From Chthonomonadales bacterium (GTDB taxonomy: Bacteria > Armatimonadota > Chthonomonadetes > Chthonomonadales > CAJBBX01): DNA of 64,000 nucleotides. The notes under the pieces were generated by a model that worked only from the letters and a program-made list of their open reading frames with translations, was not told the origin of the DNA and made no database searches. Location: positions 55,172-119,171 of the forward strand of contig JBMFSQ010000005.1 of NCBI GenBank assembly GCA_049967475.1, in the 5' to 3' direction. How positions within the stretch are numbered: the stretch's first letter is position 1; every line of letters starts with the position of its first letter. A program made the translations under genes and the position numbers. Of this stretch, positions 18,813 to 29,069 are shown piece after piece.

Positions 18813-19829
18813 ATGCCCAAACTACGTGTGGCCGTTCTGATGGGCGGCGCGTCTTCCGAGCGAGCGGTGTCCTTCGCAACGGGAAGCCAAATATCCGCAG
18901 CGCTGGATCCGGCCCGCTATCATGTCTGGAACTGGGACCCTGCCCCCCTCTTCCCCTGCGCCCAGGCGCTTCAACCCGACGCTCCGGAAGGCGTGCTGCC
19001 GCTTCCCTTGGCCGAAATTGCCGATCCGCAGGGACCAAATCGGCCCGACGTCGCCTTCATTGCCCTTCACGGCAAAGGCGGCGAGGACGGCTCCATCCAG
19101 GGCTTGCTCCAAACCTTGGGCATCCCGTATACCGGCTCCGGGATCCTTGCCGGCGCCCTCGCAATGAACAAGTCCCTCAGCAAGCGCCTCTTCCGGTCCG
19201 AGGGGATCCGTGTAGCCGATGATGTTCTGATCCTGCGGCACCAATTCGGGCACTCCAGCGCCGCAGAGGTCGTCGGCAGTCGCCTTGGATACCCCGTCGT
19301 TGTAAAGCCCAACACCGGCGGGTCCACTCTCGGATGCACCATTGTGCGGAAACCCGAGCAGCTCGAGGGCGCCCTTCATGAAGCGTTCCGGCACGATGAC
19401 GCGGCGCTCGTAGAGCGGTATCTCACAGGAACTGAGATCACAGCCTCGGTGTTGGGGAATGTAGACGCCCAGGTTCTCCCTCTGATTGAGATTGTAGCAC
19501 ACGGCGGCTTTTACGATTACCATGCCAAGTATGCTCCGGGAGGGAGCACCCATATCATCCCGGCGCGCATCTCCGCCCAAGCCGCTGACACTGCTCGAGA
19601 TTACGCCCTCCGGTGCCATCAGGTGCTGGGATGCCGGGGAATGAGCCGGGTAGACATGATCGTACAAGGAGACCAGCCTTACGTGCTGGAGGTGAATACC
19701 ATCCCCGGAATGACGCCGACGAGCCTTCTGCCGGAAGCAGCGAAGGCTGCCGGCATCTCGTTCCCCCAGCTCTTGGACCGCATCATCGGCTACGCCCTCG
19801 AGGATTTACCCGCCGCCTCAAAACTCTAA
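18813..19829 (+). CDS. ddl: D-alanine--D-alanine ligase
   Basis: MGGASSER, LHGKGGEDG, FYDYHAKY, EVNTIPGMTPTSL. Confidence 0.96.
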   Translation: MPKLRVAVLMGGASSERAVSFATGSQISAALDPARYHVWNWDPAPLFPCAQALQPDAPEGVLPLPLAEIADPQGPNRPDVAFIALHGKGGEDGSIQGLLQTLGIPYTGSGILAGALAMNKSLSKRLFRSEGIRVADDVLILRHQFGHSSAAEVVGSRLGYPVVVKPNTGGSTLGCTIVRKPEQLEGALHEAFRHDDAALVERYLTGTEITASVLGNVDAQVLPLIEIVAHGGFYDYHAKYAPGGSTHIIPARISAQAADTARDYALRCHQVLGCRGMSRVDMIVQGDQPYVLEVNTIPGMTPTSLLPEAAKAAGISFPQLLDRIIGYALEDLPAASKL

Positions 19830-19858
19830 GCCCGGCCCTGCTCGAGGGTCGGGCTTAG
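19826..19858. terminator. Hairpin between convergent ddl and ssrA
   Basis: CTAAGCCCGGCCCT-GCTCG-AGGGTCGGGCTTAG, 14-bp stem with one G-U pair. Confidence 0.65.
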
Positions 19859-19868
19859 CATTCCTTCT

Positions 19869-20223
19869 TGGTGGAGGTGCGGGGACTCGAACCCCGGTCC
19901 CCGGTGACACATCGCCGGCTTCTACGAGCGTAGTCCGCGTTCTAATTCTCGTGCGGCGAGTTCCCGCGGACGGGATCCGGCCGCACCAGCTAGCTGTCGG
20001 TGTCCCTTGTGGGGCCGCCAGCGCGCCCCATCAGGCAATCCGGCATGGGTGACGCCCATTTCCGCTTCGGCCGGCAGGAAGCGGTTGGACGCGCGGCTTA
20101 ATTAAGCCGCGAGCGCGTACGGTTGAGCGTTCGCGTTTATTGTTTTGCCGCTTTTTACGAGGCCAGCGGCGCCTCGGCTCGCCACCGGGGATGTCTTCAG
20201 CCGGGTCGACACCACTCACCCCC
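19869..20223 (-). ncRNA. ssrA: tmRNA, tag peptide ANAQPYALAA
   Basis: 5' GGGGGTG pairs with 3' CACCTCC-ACCA; T-arm GGTTCGAGTCC; tag ORF 20134-20102 ends YALAA-TAA; 355 nt. Confidence 0.96.
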
Positions 20224-20234
20224 GTGTCCCTTTC

Positions 20235-20263
20235 ATTATACGTCACCTGCCGCCAGATTGCAA
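20235..20263 (-). promoter_or_regulatory. Sigma70 promoter of ssrA
   Basis: TTGCAA-N17-TATAAT on the minus strand. Confidence 0.7.
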
Positions 20264-20473
20264 GGCTCCATACCGCCTACGCCGCCTGTTCGTGCCTGTG
20301 CTTGCGCTCGCCGTGCCGGCACGCCGTGGACACACAAGCGGCCGAGCCCTTCAGCGTCTCAAGGGTCTTCGCGATGCCCTACTGCGCGAGCGGCGCTTGC
20401 TGCAACCTCCATCGTCCCGAAGGCGCAACCGCGCCGGCAGATCGTTCCTGGAACAGGGGCGCCACCCGGATGC

Positions 20474-21349
20474 TCACTCGTCGCGCGGAGGGAAGAGATA
20501 CTCCATGAGTGCAGGCAAATCGGAATAATCTCGGATTATGGCGTCGGCTCCGGCGCCGATGAGCCGCCGCCGCTTCCATTCATCTAGGCCGCCCGGATGC
20601 GCTTCATCGGAGGCAACGCCTAACGCGAAGCCGCCCGCCGCCTTTCCATTCTCGATCTCTACGTAACCGTCGCCCACTACCAGCAGTTCCGGCCCGCTCA
20701 GGCCATTCTCCTTGAGGATGCGCTCGATTACCATCTGCTTCGAGAATTCGTGGTACCGGTCCAACGCACCGTAGATATGGGGATGGAAGAACGCGTCAAT
20801 CTGCAGTGCAGCGGCTTCGTCTTGCACGAAGCACAGATCTGTGCCTGAAGCCAGATAGAGCGTCAGCCCGCGCTTCTTGAGTTCGGTAAGAAAAGGCCGT
20901 GAACCCCTCAAAAGCAACGTGTCCGGCGGTATGCGGCCGCTCTTGAGCCCTTCCACTCGGTGGGCGATGCGTTCCCATAGGCGCCGCAAGTACTCATGCT
21001 TGTACTCCAGGGGTTCCTTGGGCGCCCCACCCCGCTTGGCCACTTCTTCAGCGAGCTGGATGCACTGGTAAATCGTTTGCTTGCCTGTAAGGCGCTCCAC
21101 AAACTCACGGACAGCCGCCTCGACTTGGTACTTGGATTCGTGATGCGGCGTCTTCAGCAGTTCCTCCACAAAATAGGGGATCATGACGCCTTGCCAACCC
21201 TCGCGGATCAGCGAGAGTGTTCCATCGAAATCGAAGAGGACCGATCGAAAGGCTCCACGCGGCACATCAGGATGAACAACTTCGATGGATGACCCCATTC
21301 CTCCCAAGGGCACTTGTCCTTGCAGGTGCGCCTGGATCCCCTTATCCAT
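20474..21349 (-). CDS. HAD-superfamily hydrolase
   Basis: FDFDGTLS (motif I), [14 protein letters not shown]. Confidence 0.85.
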   Translation of the reverse strand: MDKGIQAHLQGQVPLGGMGSSIEVVHPDVPRGAFRSVLFDFDGTLSLIREGWQGVMIPYFVEELLKTPHHESKYQVEAAVREFVERLTGKQTIYQCIQLAEEVAKRGGAPKEPLEYKHEYLRRLWERIAHRVEGLKSGRIPPDTLLLRGSRPFLTELKKRGLTLYLASGTDLCFVQDEAAALQIDAFFHPHIYGALDRYHEFSKQMVIERILKENGLSGPELLVVGDGYVEIENGKAAGGFALGVASDEAHPGGLDEWKRRRLIGAGADAIIRDYSDLPALMEYLFPPRDE

Positions 21350-23417
21350 TGAGCAGTTCCTCCAGTTCTTGCGGTTCCGTTACCGGCCGACTGCACACTC
21401 CGTTTCGGCAATAGTAGGCAGCCGCGCGGCCTGCTACGCTCCTTCGGTGCCGCAGCGCAGGAAATGGGCTCTCGTCCGCAGCCTCATCGGTAGCCGCCAC
21501 CACCATCAGGTTGGGGTGGTATCCGCGACGGGCGGCGCGGATGAGCGCATCGGTGTCCGCAGCTCCTATGGAACCGATCACAGCCAGCTCTTCCCTGGGC
21601 CCCAACCACAGATCCACCGCCTGAAGCATCGCCCCGAACGCTGCCGGATGCGCTTCCATCGCGGCGGCATACTGCCCGAGCAGCTTCTCGCCTACCTCCC
21701 AAAGATCGCTTCGTCCGAAGAGCATACCCAACCGCAAGAAGACCTCTGCCGCGACGGAGGCGCCCGATGGAGAGGCGTTGTCCCCCCAATCGCGCGGCCG
21801 CACCGAAGGCAAAGCGGGTATGTCGTGGCTCGTGTTGTACAGGGCGCCCTCTCCGTCGGCAAAGAGCGCAGCCATCGCCTCAGCCAGGTCCATGGCCGCA
21901 TGGGCATAGCGCTCTTGGAACACCAGGGCGTACATGTCCAGGAGGCCGCGAGCTATGCACGCGTAGTCATCCAAAAAGCCGGGGATCGGGGATCGGCGGA
22001 ACTCCTCCCCAACCCATATGCCGGTATGGTACACGCGATGCTCCTGCACCAGGTACGAAAGGAGGAACTGAGCAAGCTCCTCGGCTGCCGCAGCATATTC
22101 CGGGCATTCCAGTACGCCCGCCGCTCCTGCCAGAGCGGAGAGCGCAAGCCCATTCCAAGCCGCAATGATCTTGTCGTCTCGGGCAGGCTGCGGCCGACGC
22201 TTCCGTGCGGAAAGCAACAGCCCTCGTGCGCGGGCGAGTGTCGCGGCCAGCTCGGATGCGTCCACGCCTTCCTGATCTGCAAAGTCGGGCAAAGGGATAG
22301 CCACATGAAGAACGGTGCGCCCTTCATAGTTCCCTTGCGGCATGATGCCATAGAAGCGGCACACAAGATCTGCCTCTGGCGCCGGCAATACTGCATGGAC
22401 TTCCTCCGGCGTCCAAGTAACGAAGGAACCTTCCACGCCGGCCGCGTCGGCGTCCAGCGATGCGGCAAAACTGCCCCCTATTCGCAGATCCCTGAGCAGG
22501 AAGTGCAGCGTGTCTTCGCAGACTGTCCGATAGAACCCGTTGCCGGTCACTCGGAACGCGTTAAGGTACACGCTGGCGAGCTGGGCATTATCGTAGAGCA
22601 TCTTCTCGAAATGGGGCACCAGCCATTGGGCATCCGTGGAGTATCGGTGGAAGCCCCCCGCCACCTGATCGTGGATGCCGCCCATGGCCATCTGCTGGAG
22701 TGTCTTCTCTGCCATGGCAAGGGCCCGGCCATCTCGGGCGCGCCGCTCATACCTCAAGAGCAGGTCCAGGAGCATGGGTTGAGGGAACTTTGGCGCGCCC
22801 CCGAAGCCGCCGTATTGCTCGTCGAACGTAGAGCGCAGAGCGTTGAAGGCCTCGTCCAGAAGCGCAGGGCGCAGTGGACCGGCCTCCGGAGGCGGGCCCA
22901 TGGCAGCCTCGATGTGCTTGAGTAACTCTCCTGCCTGCTCTTGGATCTCTTGCCGGCGCTGGTCCCAGGCCGCCGCCACCGCCTGGAGAACCCGAGGAAA
23001 ACCCGGCCTCCCATACCGGTCCTGAGGCGGAAAGTACGTCCCCCCGTAAAAGGGAGTGCCGTCAGGGGTGAGGAAAACCGTAAGCGGCCAACCGCCCTGG
23101 CCCGTAAGAAGCTGTACGGCCGTCATGTATACTTGATCCACATCCGGCCGCTCTTCCCGATCCACCTTCACATTGATGAAATGGCGGTTCATGAGCGAGG
23201 CGATGGCGAGGTCCTCAAAGCACTCGCGCTCCATTACGTGGCACCAATGGCAGGCAGCATATCCCACGGAAAGGAGGATGGGCTTACCTTCGGATTTGGC
23301 CCGCGAGAAAGCCTCTTCGCCCCACGGGTACCAATCTACAGGGTTGTGGGCGTGCTGAAGCAGATACGGACTTGTTTCCTGCGCGAGGCGATTGCGGAAC
23401 TGGGGCTTCGCGGCCAT
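21342..23417 (-). CDS. Thioredoxin domain-containing protein (DUF255/YyaL/SPATA20 family)
   Basis: [44 protein letters not shown]. Confidence 0.93.
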   Translation of the reverse strand: MAAKPQFRNRLAQETSPYLLQHAHNPVDWYPWGEEAFSRAKSEGKPILLSVGYAACHWCHVMERECFEDLAIASLMNRHFINVKVDREERPDVDQVYMTAVQLLTGQGGWPLTVFLTPDGTPFYGGTYFPPQDRYGRPGFPRVLQAVAAAWDQRRQEIQEQAGELLKHIEAAMGPPPEAGPLRPALLDEAFNALRSTFDEQYGGFGGAPKFPQPMLLDLLLRYERRARDGRALAMAEKTLQQMAMGGIHDQVAGGFHRYSTDAQWLVPHFEKMLYDNAQLASVYLNAFRVTGNGFYRTVCEDTLHFLLRDLRIGGSFAASLDADAAGVEGSFVTWTPEEVHAVLPAPEADLVCRFYGIMPQGNYEGRTVLHVAIPLPDFADQEGVDASELAATLARARGLLLSARKRRPQPARDDKIIAAWNGLALSALAGAAGVLECPEYAAAAEELAQFLLSYLVQEHRVYHTGIWVGEEFRRSPIPGFLDDYACIARGLLDMYALVFQERYAHAAMDLAEAMAALFADGEGALYNTSHDIPALPSVRPRDWGDNASPSGASVAAEVFLRLGMLFGRSDLWEVGEKLLGQYAAAMEAHPAAFGAMLQAVDLWLGPREELAVIGSIGAADTDALIRAARRGYHPNLMVVAATDEAADESPFPALRHRRSVAGRAAAYYCRNGVCSRPVTEPQELEELLNG

Positions 23418-23588
23418 GCGTGATCCTTTCCGCCGGATGCGTAACAACTATCGGTAAGCCATTGTACCCGCTGGGATCACCTACCGCCGAACCAAACGCG
23501 CAGCCGGGCGGACCAATATCTGGTACCGCCCGGCATCCCGAAACCCTGATCAGTGCCGGCGCCCCGCCGGCTGGAAGAGGCCAAACCC

Positions 23589-23999
23589 TTACTGACTGTC
23601 TATCCCGGGGGCAAACTTGCCGTGGCCCGTGGCACTGCAACTAATCACCAAACCACCAGACGGAACTGTGGTCCCGTTGTTTGCCGTCAACGTCCCATCC
23701 GAAATCTGTACGCTGTAGGTGCCGCTGCTGGGGCACACAGGCGTAGCACCCAAATTGCCCGCCAGATCCGATAGGTTCGTGGTGTAGGTATGGCCCGTAC
23801 TGGATGTCTTGTACGCTGCCTCGGCGTTCGCTATCGTCTGCATGTTCGCACGGCAGGTCTTCACCTGCGAGTCACTCACAGCAGCAAGATACAAAGGTAA
23901 CGCCACCGCCATCAAGATCGCCAAGACCAAGATGACAATCAGCAGCTCGATCAGCGTAAAGCCTCTTCGCTTCAGGTTGCGCTTGCGAATCAATCTCAT
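23589..23999 (-). CDS. Type IV pilin (copy 1)
   Basis: Basic leader, [17 protein letters not shown], short globular domain; RBS GGGAGAG. Confidence 0.92.
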   Translation of the reverse strand: MRLIRKRNLKRRGFTLIELLIVILVLAILMAVALPLYLAAVSDSQVKTCRANMQTIANAEAAYKTSSTGHTYTTNLSDLAGNLGATPVCPSSGTYSVQISDGTLTANNGTTVPSGGLVISCSATGHGKFAPGIDSQ

Positions 24000-24133
24000 G
24001 GAACTCTCCCTCTCTAGAAAGGGGCGCCCCGGTGCCCCACCGTTCCGCAGGGCGCCGGCGTGTCGCCGGACATTGGGTCAGTTACGTTCTTCCACCCAAT
24101 CCACACACCAAAGATCAGTCGAATTACCGGTTT

Positions 24134-24229
24134 CTACCGGTGGATCACCTTGCTCAGGTTGAAGATCGGCATGTACAAAGCCAAAAGCACAAAACCCACA
24201 ATCACACCCAATACTACCGTCAGAAGCGG
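24134..24229 (-). pseudogene. Duplicated 3' fragment of pilC
   Basis: PLLTVVLGVIVGFVLLALYMPIFNLSKVIHR is identical to the pilC C-terminus. Confidence 0.85.
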
Positions 24230-24420
24230 AACTGGAGCTTCGCGGCCATGCGTGATCCTTTCCGCCGGATGCGTAACAACTATCGGTAAGCCATTGTACC
24301 CGCTGGGATCACCTACCGCCGAACCAAACGCGCAGCCGGGCGGACCAATATCTGGTACCGCCCGGCATCCCGAAACCCTGATCAGTGCCGGCGCCCCGCC
24401 GGCTGGAAGAGGCCAAACCC

Positions 24421-24831
24421 TTACTGACTGTCTATCCCGGGGGCAAACTTGCCGTGGCCCGTGGCACTGCAACTAATCACCAAACCACCAGACGGAACTG
24501 TGGTCCCGTTGTTTGCCGTCAACGTCCCATCCGAAATCTGTACGCTGTAGGTGCCGCTGCTGGGGCACACAGGCGTAGCACCCAAATTGCCCGCCAGATC
24601 CGATAGGTTCGTGGTGTAGGTATGGCCCGTACTGGATGTCTTGTACGCTGCCTCGGCGTTCGCTATCGTCTGCATGTTCGCACGGCAGGTCTTCACCTGC
24701 GAGTCACTCACAGCAGCAAGATACAAAGGTAACGCCACCGCCATCAAGATCGCCAAGACCAAGATGACAATCAGCAGCTCGATCAGCGTAAAGCCTCTTC
24801 GCTTCAGGTTGCGCTTGCGAATCAATCTCAT
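24421..24831 (-). CDS. Type IV pilin (copy 2, identical protein)
   Basis: Same translation as 23589-23999. Confidence 0.92.
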   Translation of the reverse strand: MRLIRKRNLKRRGFTLIELLIVILVLAILMAVALPLYLAAVSDSQVKTCRANMQTIANAEAAYKTSSTGHTYTTNLSDLAGNLGATPVCPSSGTYSVQISDGTLTANNGTTVPSGGLVISCSATGHGKFAPGIDSQ

Positions 24832-24965
24832 GGAACTCTCCCTCTCTAGAAAGGGGCGCCCCGGTGCCCCACCGTTCCGCAGGGCGCCGGCGTGTCGCCG
24901 GACATTGGGTCAGTTACGTTCTTCCACCCAATCCACACACCAAAGATCAGTCGAATTACCGGTTT

Positions 24966-26180
24966 CTACCGGTGGATCACCTTGCTCAGGTTGAAGATCG
25001 GCATGTACAAAGCCAAAAGCACAAAACCCACAATCACACCCAATACTACCGTCAGAAGCGGCTCGAGCATCCGGGTGAGCCGCTGGACTGCATACTCGAT
25101 ATCGCGGTCGTAGAAGGTGGTGATTTGGCGGAGCATCTCGTCCATGTTTCCGGATTCCTCACCGGCTGCGATCATGCGGGTGACCATGGACGGAAATTGG
25201 CCGCTCTGTTCCAGAGGCACAGAAAGGCGCACGCCTTCGTTCACCTTCTGGACCGTGTCGGCAATGACGTCGGTAAAGACCGTATTCCCCGTAACCCTTG
25301 CCGAGGTCTGCAGCCCAGAAAGGATGGGAACTCCGGCGCTCACCATGGCGCTGAAGGTGCGCGTGAGGCGGGCGATGGCAATCTTGCGGTTGAGGGGGCC
25401 CAAGAGCGGCATCCGGAGTTTGATGCGGTCCATGGTCCGCCGCCCCTTTTCCGTTTGAGACCATCGTTTGTACGCCTTCCATCCCGCGAAGCCGCCAATA
25501 GCCACCATGTACCAGTATCCACGCACGATCTTGCTGATGGTCACCAACAGCAGTGTCGGAGCCGGCAACTTGGCATGGAACTGCTCATAAACGTTGGCGA
25601 ATACGGGCACCACGAAGGTCAACAAAAAGAACACCACGCCCACCGCCGTGATGATCACTGCCATGGGATACACGAAGGCTGCTTTCACCTTCTCGCGCAG
25701 TTCCTGTTCCTTGTCCAACTGCTCGGCTGCCACATGGAGGGTTTCATCCAGAGCTCCGGCGACTTCGCCTGCGCGGGCAAGGGCCTGGTACAGTTCGGAG
25801 AAGATGCGGGGGTGCTTGGCCAAGGCATCGGTGAAGGTGCTGCCGGCAAGAACATCGTTGCGCACCTCGGTAAGGGCCTGCTTGAGCAAAGGGTTCTGCG
25901 TCTGTGCTGCCAGGGTATGCAGGCATTCCACCAAGGGCAAACCCGCATGCACCAGGGTAGCGAGCTGGCGGCTCATCACCACCATATCATTGAGGCTAAC
26001 CTTGCGGCGGCGGAAACCCCTGGATCCGGGTGCCGCGCTCTGCCGTTGCTCACTGATGCTGGTTACGAAGAGATCCTTCCGCCGGAGCTGCTCCCGAACG
26101 GCACGTTCATCCGTTCCTGCCAGAGAGCCCTGCACTTGCTTGCCGGACCGATCGCGGGCGATGTATTGATACGATGGCAT
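24966..26180 (-). CDS. pilC: Type IV pilus platform protein PilC (GspF family)
   Basis: RQLATLVHAGLP, AGEVAGAL, AFVYP, AGEESGNMDEML, LEPLL. Confidence 0.93.
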   Translation of the reverse strand: MPSYQYIARDRSGKQVQGSLAGTDERAVREQLRRKDLFVTSISEQRQSAAPGSRGFRRRKVSLNDMVVMSRQLATLVHAGLPLVECLHTLAAQTQNPLLKQALTEVRNDVLAGSTFTDALAKHPRIFSELYQALARAGEVAGALDETLHVAAEQLDKEQELREKVKAAFVYPMAVIITAVGVVFFLLTFVVPVFANVYEQFHAKLPAPTLLLVTISKIVRGYWYMVAIGGFAGWKAYKRWSQTEKGRRTMDRIKLRMPLLGPLNRKIAIARLTRTFSAMVSAGVPILSGLQTSARVTGNTVFTDVIADTVQKVNEGVRLSVPLEQSGQFPSMVTRMIAAGEESGNMDEMLRQITTFYDRDIEYAVQRLTRMLEPLLTVVLGVIVGFVLLALYMPIFNLSKVIHR

Positions 26181-26221
26181 CCCTGCACCTCACGCAATGC
26201 GCCATCCCATGGGCGCGTATG

Positions 26222-27976
26222 TCATGCTGCCTCACGCAGCGAATTGGAAGTATCCTGCGGATCTTCGGACATGAGGACCCTGTATACTTCATCCACAGTT
26301 GTCTCGCCTTCCAACACCTTGCGAATGCCGGATTCTTTCATGGTCTTCATCCCCTCTCGGATCGCGATCTCCTTGAGGGCGACGCCCCCCACATTGCGCA
26401 GCACGGCATCGCGCAACGTGTCGGTCATCCGCATCACTTCGTAGGCAGCCGTTCTTCCCCGGAAGCCGCGCCCGTTGCACCGTGGGCAGCCTCGCCCTTT
26501 CCGAAACGTGCCGTTCTTGATATCGTAATCGGATATTCCCAAGGCTCTCATTAGCCCCACATCCGGCTTGTCGGGCTCGGAGCATTGCGGGCAAACGCGC
26601 CGCAAGAGCCTCTGCCCCACCACTCCGATTACGGCCGAGGTGATGAGGAAGGGCTCCACGCCCATGTTTTGGAGGCGCACCAAGGCGCCGGGGGCGTCAT
26701 TGGTGTGGAGAGTACTGAACACCAGATGCCCCGTCAACGCAGCCTGTACCGAGATCTCGGCGGTCTCGATGTCCCGGATCTCGCCTACCATGATCACGTC
26801 GGGATCCTGGCGCACGATGGTCCGCAGCGCCGCCGCAAAGGTAAGCCCAATCTTCGGATTGGCCTGCACCTGGCTGATGCCGGCCAGGTTGTATTCAACC
26901 GGATCCTCTACCGTAATGATATTGCGGCTCACTTCGTTGATCTTGTTGAGAGCGGCGTACAGAGTGGTAGATTTGCCGGATCCCGTAGGACCCGTCACAA
27001 GGATCATGCCGTGAGGGCGATGGATGAACGTCTCGAACAGGCGCCGCTGATCGGGAAAGAAGCCGAGCCGATCCAGCGGTACATTGATGCCCGCTTTATC
27101 CAACACGCGCATCACCACCTTCTCGCCATAGATAGTGGGCATGGTGGACACGCGCAAATCGTAGGGAACATCCTCAAATTGGAAGACGATGCGCCCATCC
27201 TGAGGCCGGCGACGTTCCGCGATGTTGAGATGCGCCATAATCTTGATGCGGGACACTACCGCCGGATGGTGGTTTAGAGGGATCGTCATCTGTTCGTACA
27301 GAATGCCGTCCATACGGTAGCGCACCCGGACGTTTTTTTCCTGCGGCTCGATGTGGATGTCACTGGCGCTGGAATTTATGGCCCCGGCGATCACGGAATT
27401 CACCAGGCGGATGATGGGCGCATCCTCAGCAAGATCGGCAAGCTGGTCCGCAGAAAGCTCTTGCTCGGCACCCGGCGCTTCGGCGTCGGTGATTTCCTTC
27501 AGCACACTCTCGGCAGCGCTTCGCGCGGTGTGGCTCCGGTTGAGAGCATCCTGGATCTCGGTATTCAGAGCGACGAAGGGAACGATTTGCATGCCGGTCA
27601 TCAGGTGCAAATCGTCCATCACCATCACGTTGAGGGGATCCGTCATCGCCACGAAGAGGCGGCGGCCGTCCACCTTGAAGGGAATTACCCGGTGGCGCCT
27701 CTGGTAGTGCTCGGACACCAATTCCAGGGCTTCAGCTTCGATGTGCGTCTCGGAAAGGTCCACATAAGGGATGCCGATGGCTTCTTCCAGGACGCGGCCG
27801 ACGAGCTTGGGAGACACGTACCCGAGCTCCACGAGCACCTCGCCCAGGAAACCGCCCGTCTGCCGCTTGCGTTCCAGCGCCGCGTCGAGCTGGGCTTCCG
27901 TGATGTGGCCGTCCGCCAATAGCCGCTGCCCAAGTTGGCCCATCAACGCGGCCGACGAACTCATGCGGTTGCGCAT
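26222..27976 (-). CDS. pilB: Type IV pilus assembly ATPase PilB (GspE/PulE family), with N-terminal MshEN-like motif
   Basis: LGQRLLADGHIT...LGEVLVELGYV; ASDIHIEP, GPTGSGKSTT, VEDPVE, GEIRD, STLHTN, two CxxC pairs. Confidence 0.93.
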   Translation of the reverse strand: MRNRMSSSAALMGQLGQRLLADGHITEAQLDAALERKRQTGGFLGEVLVELGYVSPKLVGRVLEEAIGIPYVDLSETHIEAEALELVSEHYQRRHRVIPFKVDGRRLFVAMTDPLNVMVMDDLHLMTGMQIVPFVALNTEIQDALNRSHTARSAAESVLKEITDAEAPGAEQELSADQLADLAEDAPIIRLVNSVIAGAINSSASDIHIEPQEKNVRVRYRMDGILYEQMTIPLNHHPAVVSRIKIMAHLNIAERRRPQDGRIVFQFEDVPYDLRVSTMPTIYGEKVVMRVLDKAGINVPLDRLGFFPDQRRLFETFIHRPHGMILVTGPTGSGKSTTLYAALNKINEVSRNIITVEDPVEYNLAGISQVQANPKIGLTFAAALRTIVRQDPDVIMVGEIRDIETAEISVQAALTGHLVFSTLHTNDAPGALVRLQNMGVEPFLITSAVIGVVGQRLLRRVCPQCSEPDKPDVGLMRALGISDYDIKNGTFRKGRGCPRCNGRGFRGRTAAYEVMRMTDTLRDAVLRNVGGVALKEIAIREGMKTMKESGIRKVLEGETTVDEVYRVLMSEDPQDTSNSLREAA

Positions 27977-28172
27977 GAAAAGACCTTTCTTGAGGAAGGA
28001 GGATCCGGCTCCCCCCAGCCGCACTCATGGCATCTGTTGTGCAGCCGGTTCGTTATTCCGTATATCGGCACGAAGCTGCTGGTGTTTTTAGGGGTGCCCA
28101 CGCTCTCCGACGCCGAGGGATGCCCAAATGCCGGATTATGGGGAAGGTGAGCACTCGGAGGCCGGCGCACTC

Positions 28173-29042
28173 CTACGCGTTGAGGCGTTCTGCCCAAAGA
28201 AGGCGATTGCGTACCTTCCGGTAGAAGCTCGCGTGCCCGAGCGTAACGAGCCTGGTGCAAAACTCTGCCCGGCGCACATCCACACGATCGCCAGGCTCGA
28301 GGGGAAAGGCACGGCCTCCGTCTGCACTGAATAGTGCTTGCCCCCGCTCGAAGCGCAGAGTAACGGACACGGTTTCATCACAAGGTATGACCAATGGCCG
28401 TGCGGACAGCGTATGGGGGCATATCGGCACCACGAGCAAAGCCTGCACTGTGGGCTCAACCAACGGCCCGCCTGCAGAGAGGGCATACGCTGTAGACCCG
28501 GTGGGAGTGGCTACGATTACGCCATCGGCAGCGTACGTTGCAATCTCTTCGCCGCCAAACCATGTCTCCAGAAGCATCATTCGCGCGACGGTGCCCTGGG
28601 TTAGGACCACGTCGTTGAGGCCAATGGCGCTGAATACCACCCGGCCCTGGCGCATCACATCGCCTCGAAGCATCATCCGCTCTTCGATTGCTGTGCGCCC
28701 GGCAAGAACATCATCCAAATGGGGCAGCAAATCTCCTGGGTGTGTTTCGGCAATAAAGCCGAAGTGCCCCATGTGCACACCCAGTATCGGCACGCCCTTG
28801 GGCGCGGCAACGTGGCTGGCCGTGAGAATGGTCCCATCACCGCCCAGCGTCACGATCAGGTCCGTGTCCGCAAGCTCGCCTTCCGAGCAGGCATACTCGC
28901 GGCACCCGATTTTGTCTGCTGCGGATGCCTCCACGCACACGCAGATGCCGCGCTCCCTAAGCCAGCCTATCACCTGCTTAGCGAACTCCAAAGCCTCGGG
29001 GCGGGTGGAATTGGCTAAGATCCCCACCTTCTTACAGGCCAT
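28173..29042 (-). CDS. nadK: NAD+ kinase
   Basis: LGGDGT, LND, ADGVIVATPTGSTAYALSAGGP, PICPH. Confidence 0.96.
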   Translation of the reverse strand: MACKKVGILANSTRPEALEFAKQVIGWLRERGICVCVEASAADKIGCREYACSEGELADTDLIVTLGGDGTILTASHVAAPKGVPILGVHMGHFGFIAETHPGDLLPHLDDVLAGRTAIEERMMLRGDVMRQGRVVFSAIGLNDVVLTQGTVARMMLLETWFGGEEIATYAADGVIVATPTGSTAYALSAGGPLVEPTVQALLVVPICPHTLSARPLVIPCDETVSVTLRFERGQALFSADGGRAFPLEPGDRVDVRRAEFCTRLVTLGHASFYRKVRNRLLWAERLNA

Positions 29043-29069
29043 GCTGCCCCACTCCCCTCACCGGATTGT

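Larger units (their letters stand above)
23394..25061. repeat. Tandem direct duplication, 832-bp unit (23394-24229 and 24226-25061)
   Basis: Same sequence at +832 offset with identical ORF translations; 4-bp GCGG microhomology at the junction; one mismatch seen (G23404 vs A24236). Confidence 0.95.

Noticed and set aside
19869..20223. tmRNA (and the tRNAs at 62937-63132) as integration sites
   Set aside because: No integrase, no duplicated 3' ends seen by eye, and flanking genes are housekeeping.
24134..24472. 112-aa ORF ending in the PilC C-terminus
   Set aside because: Chance product of the duplication junction; its N-terminal part is an alternative frame of pilin plus intergenic DNA.
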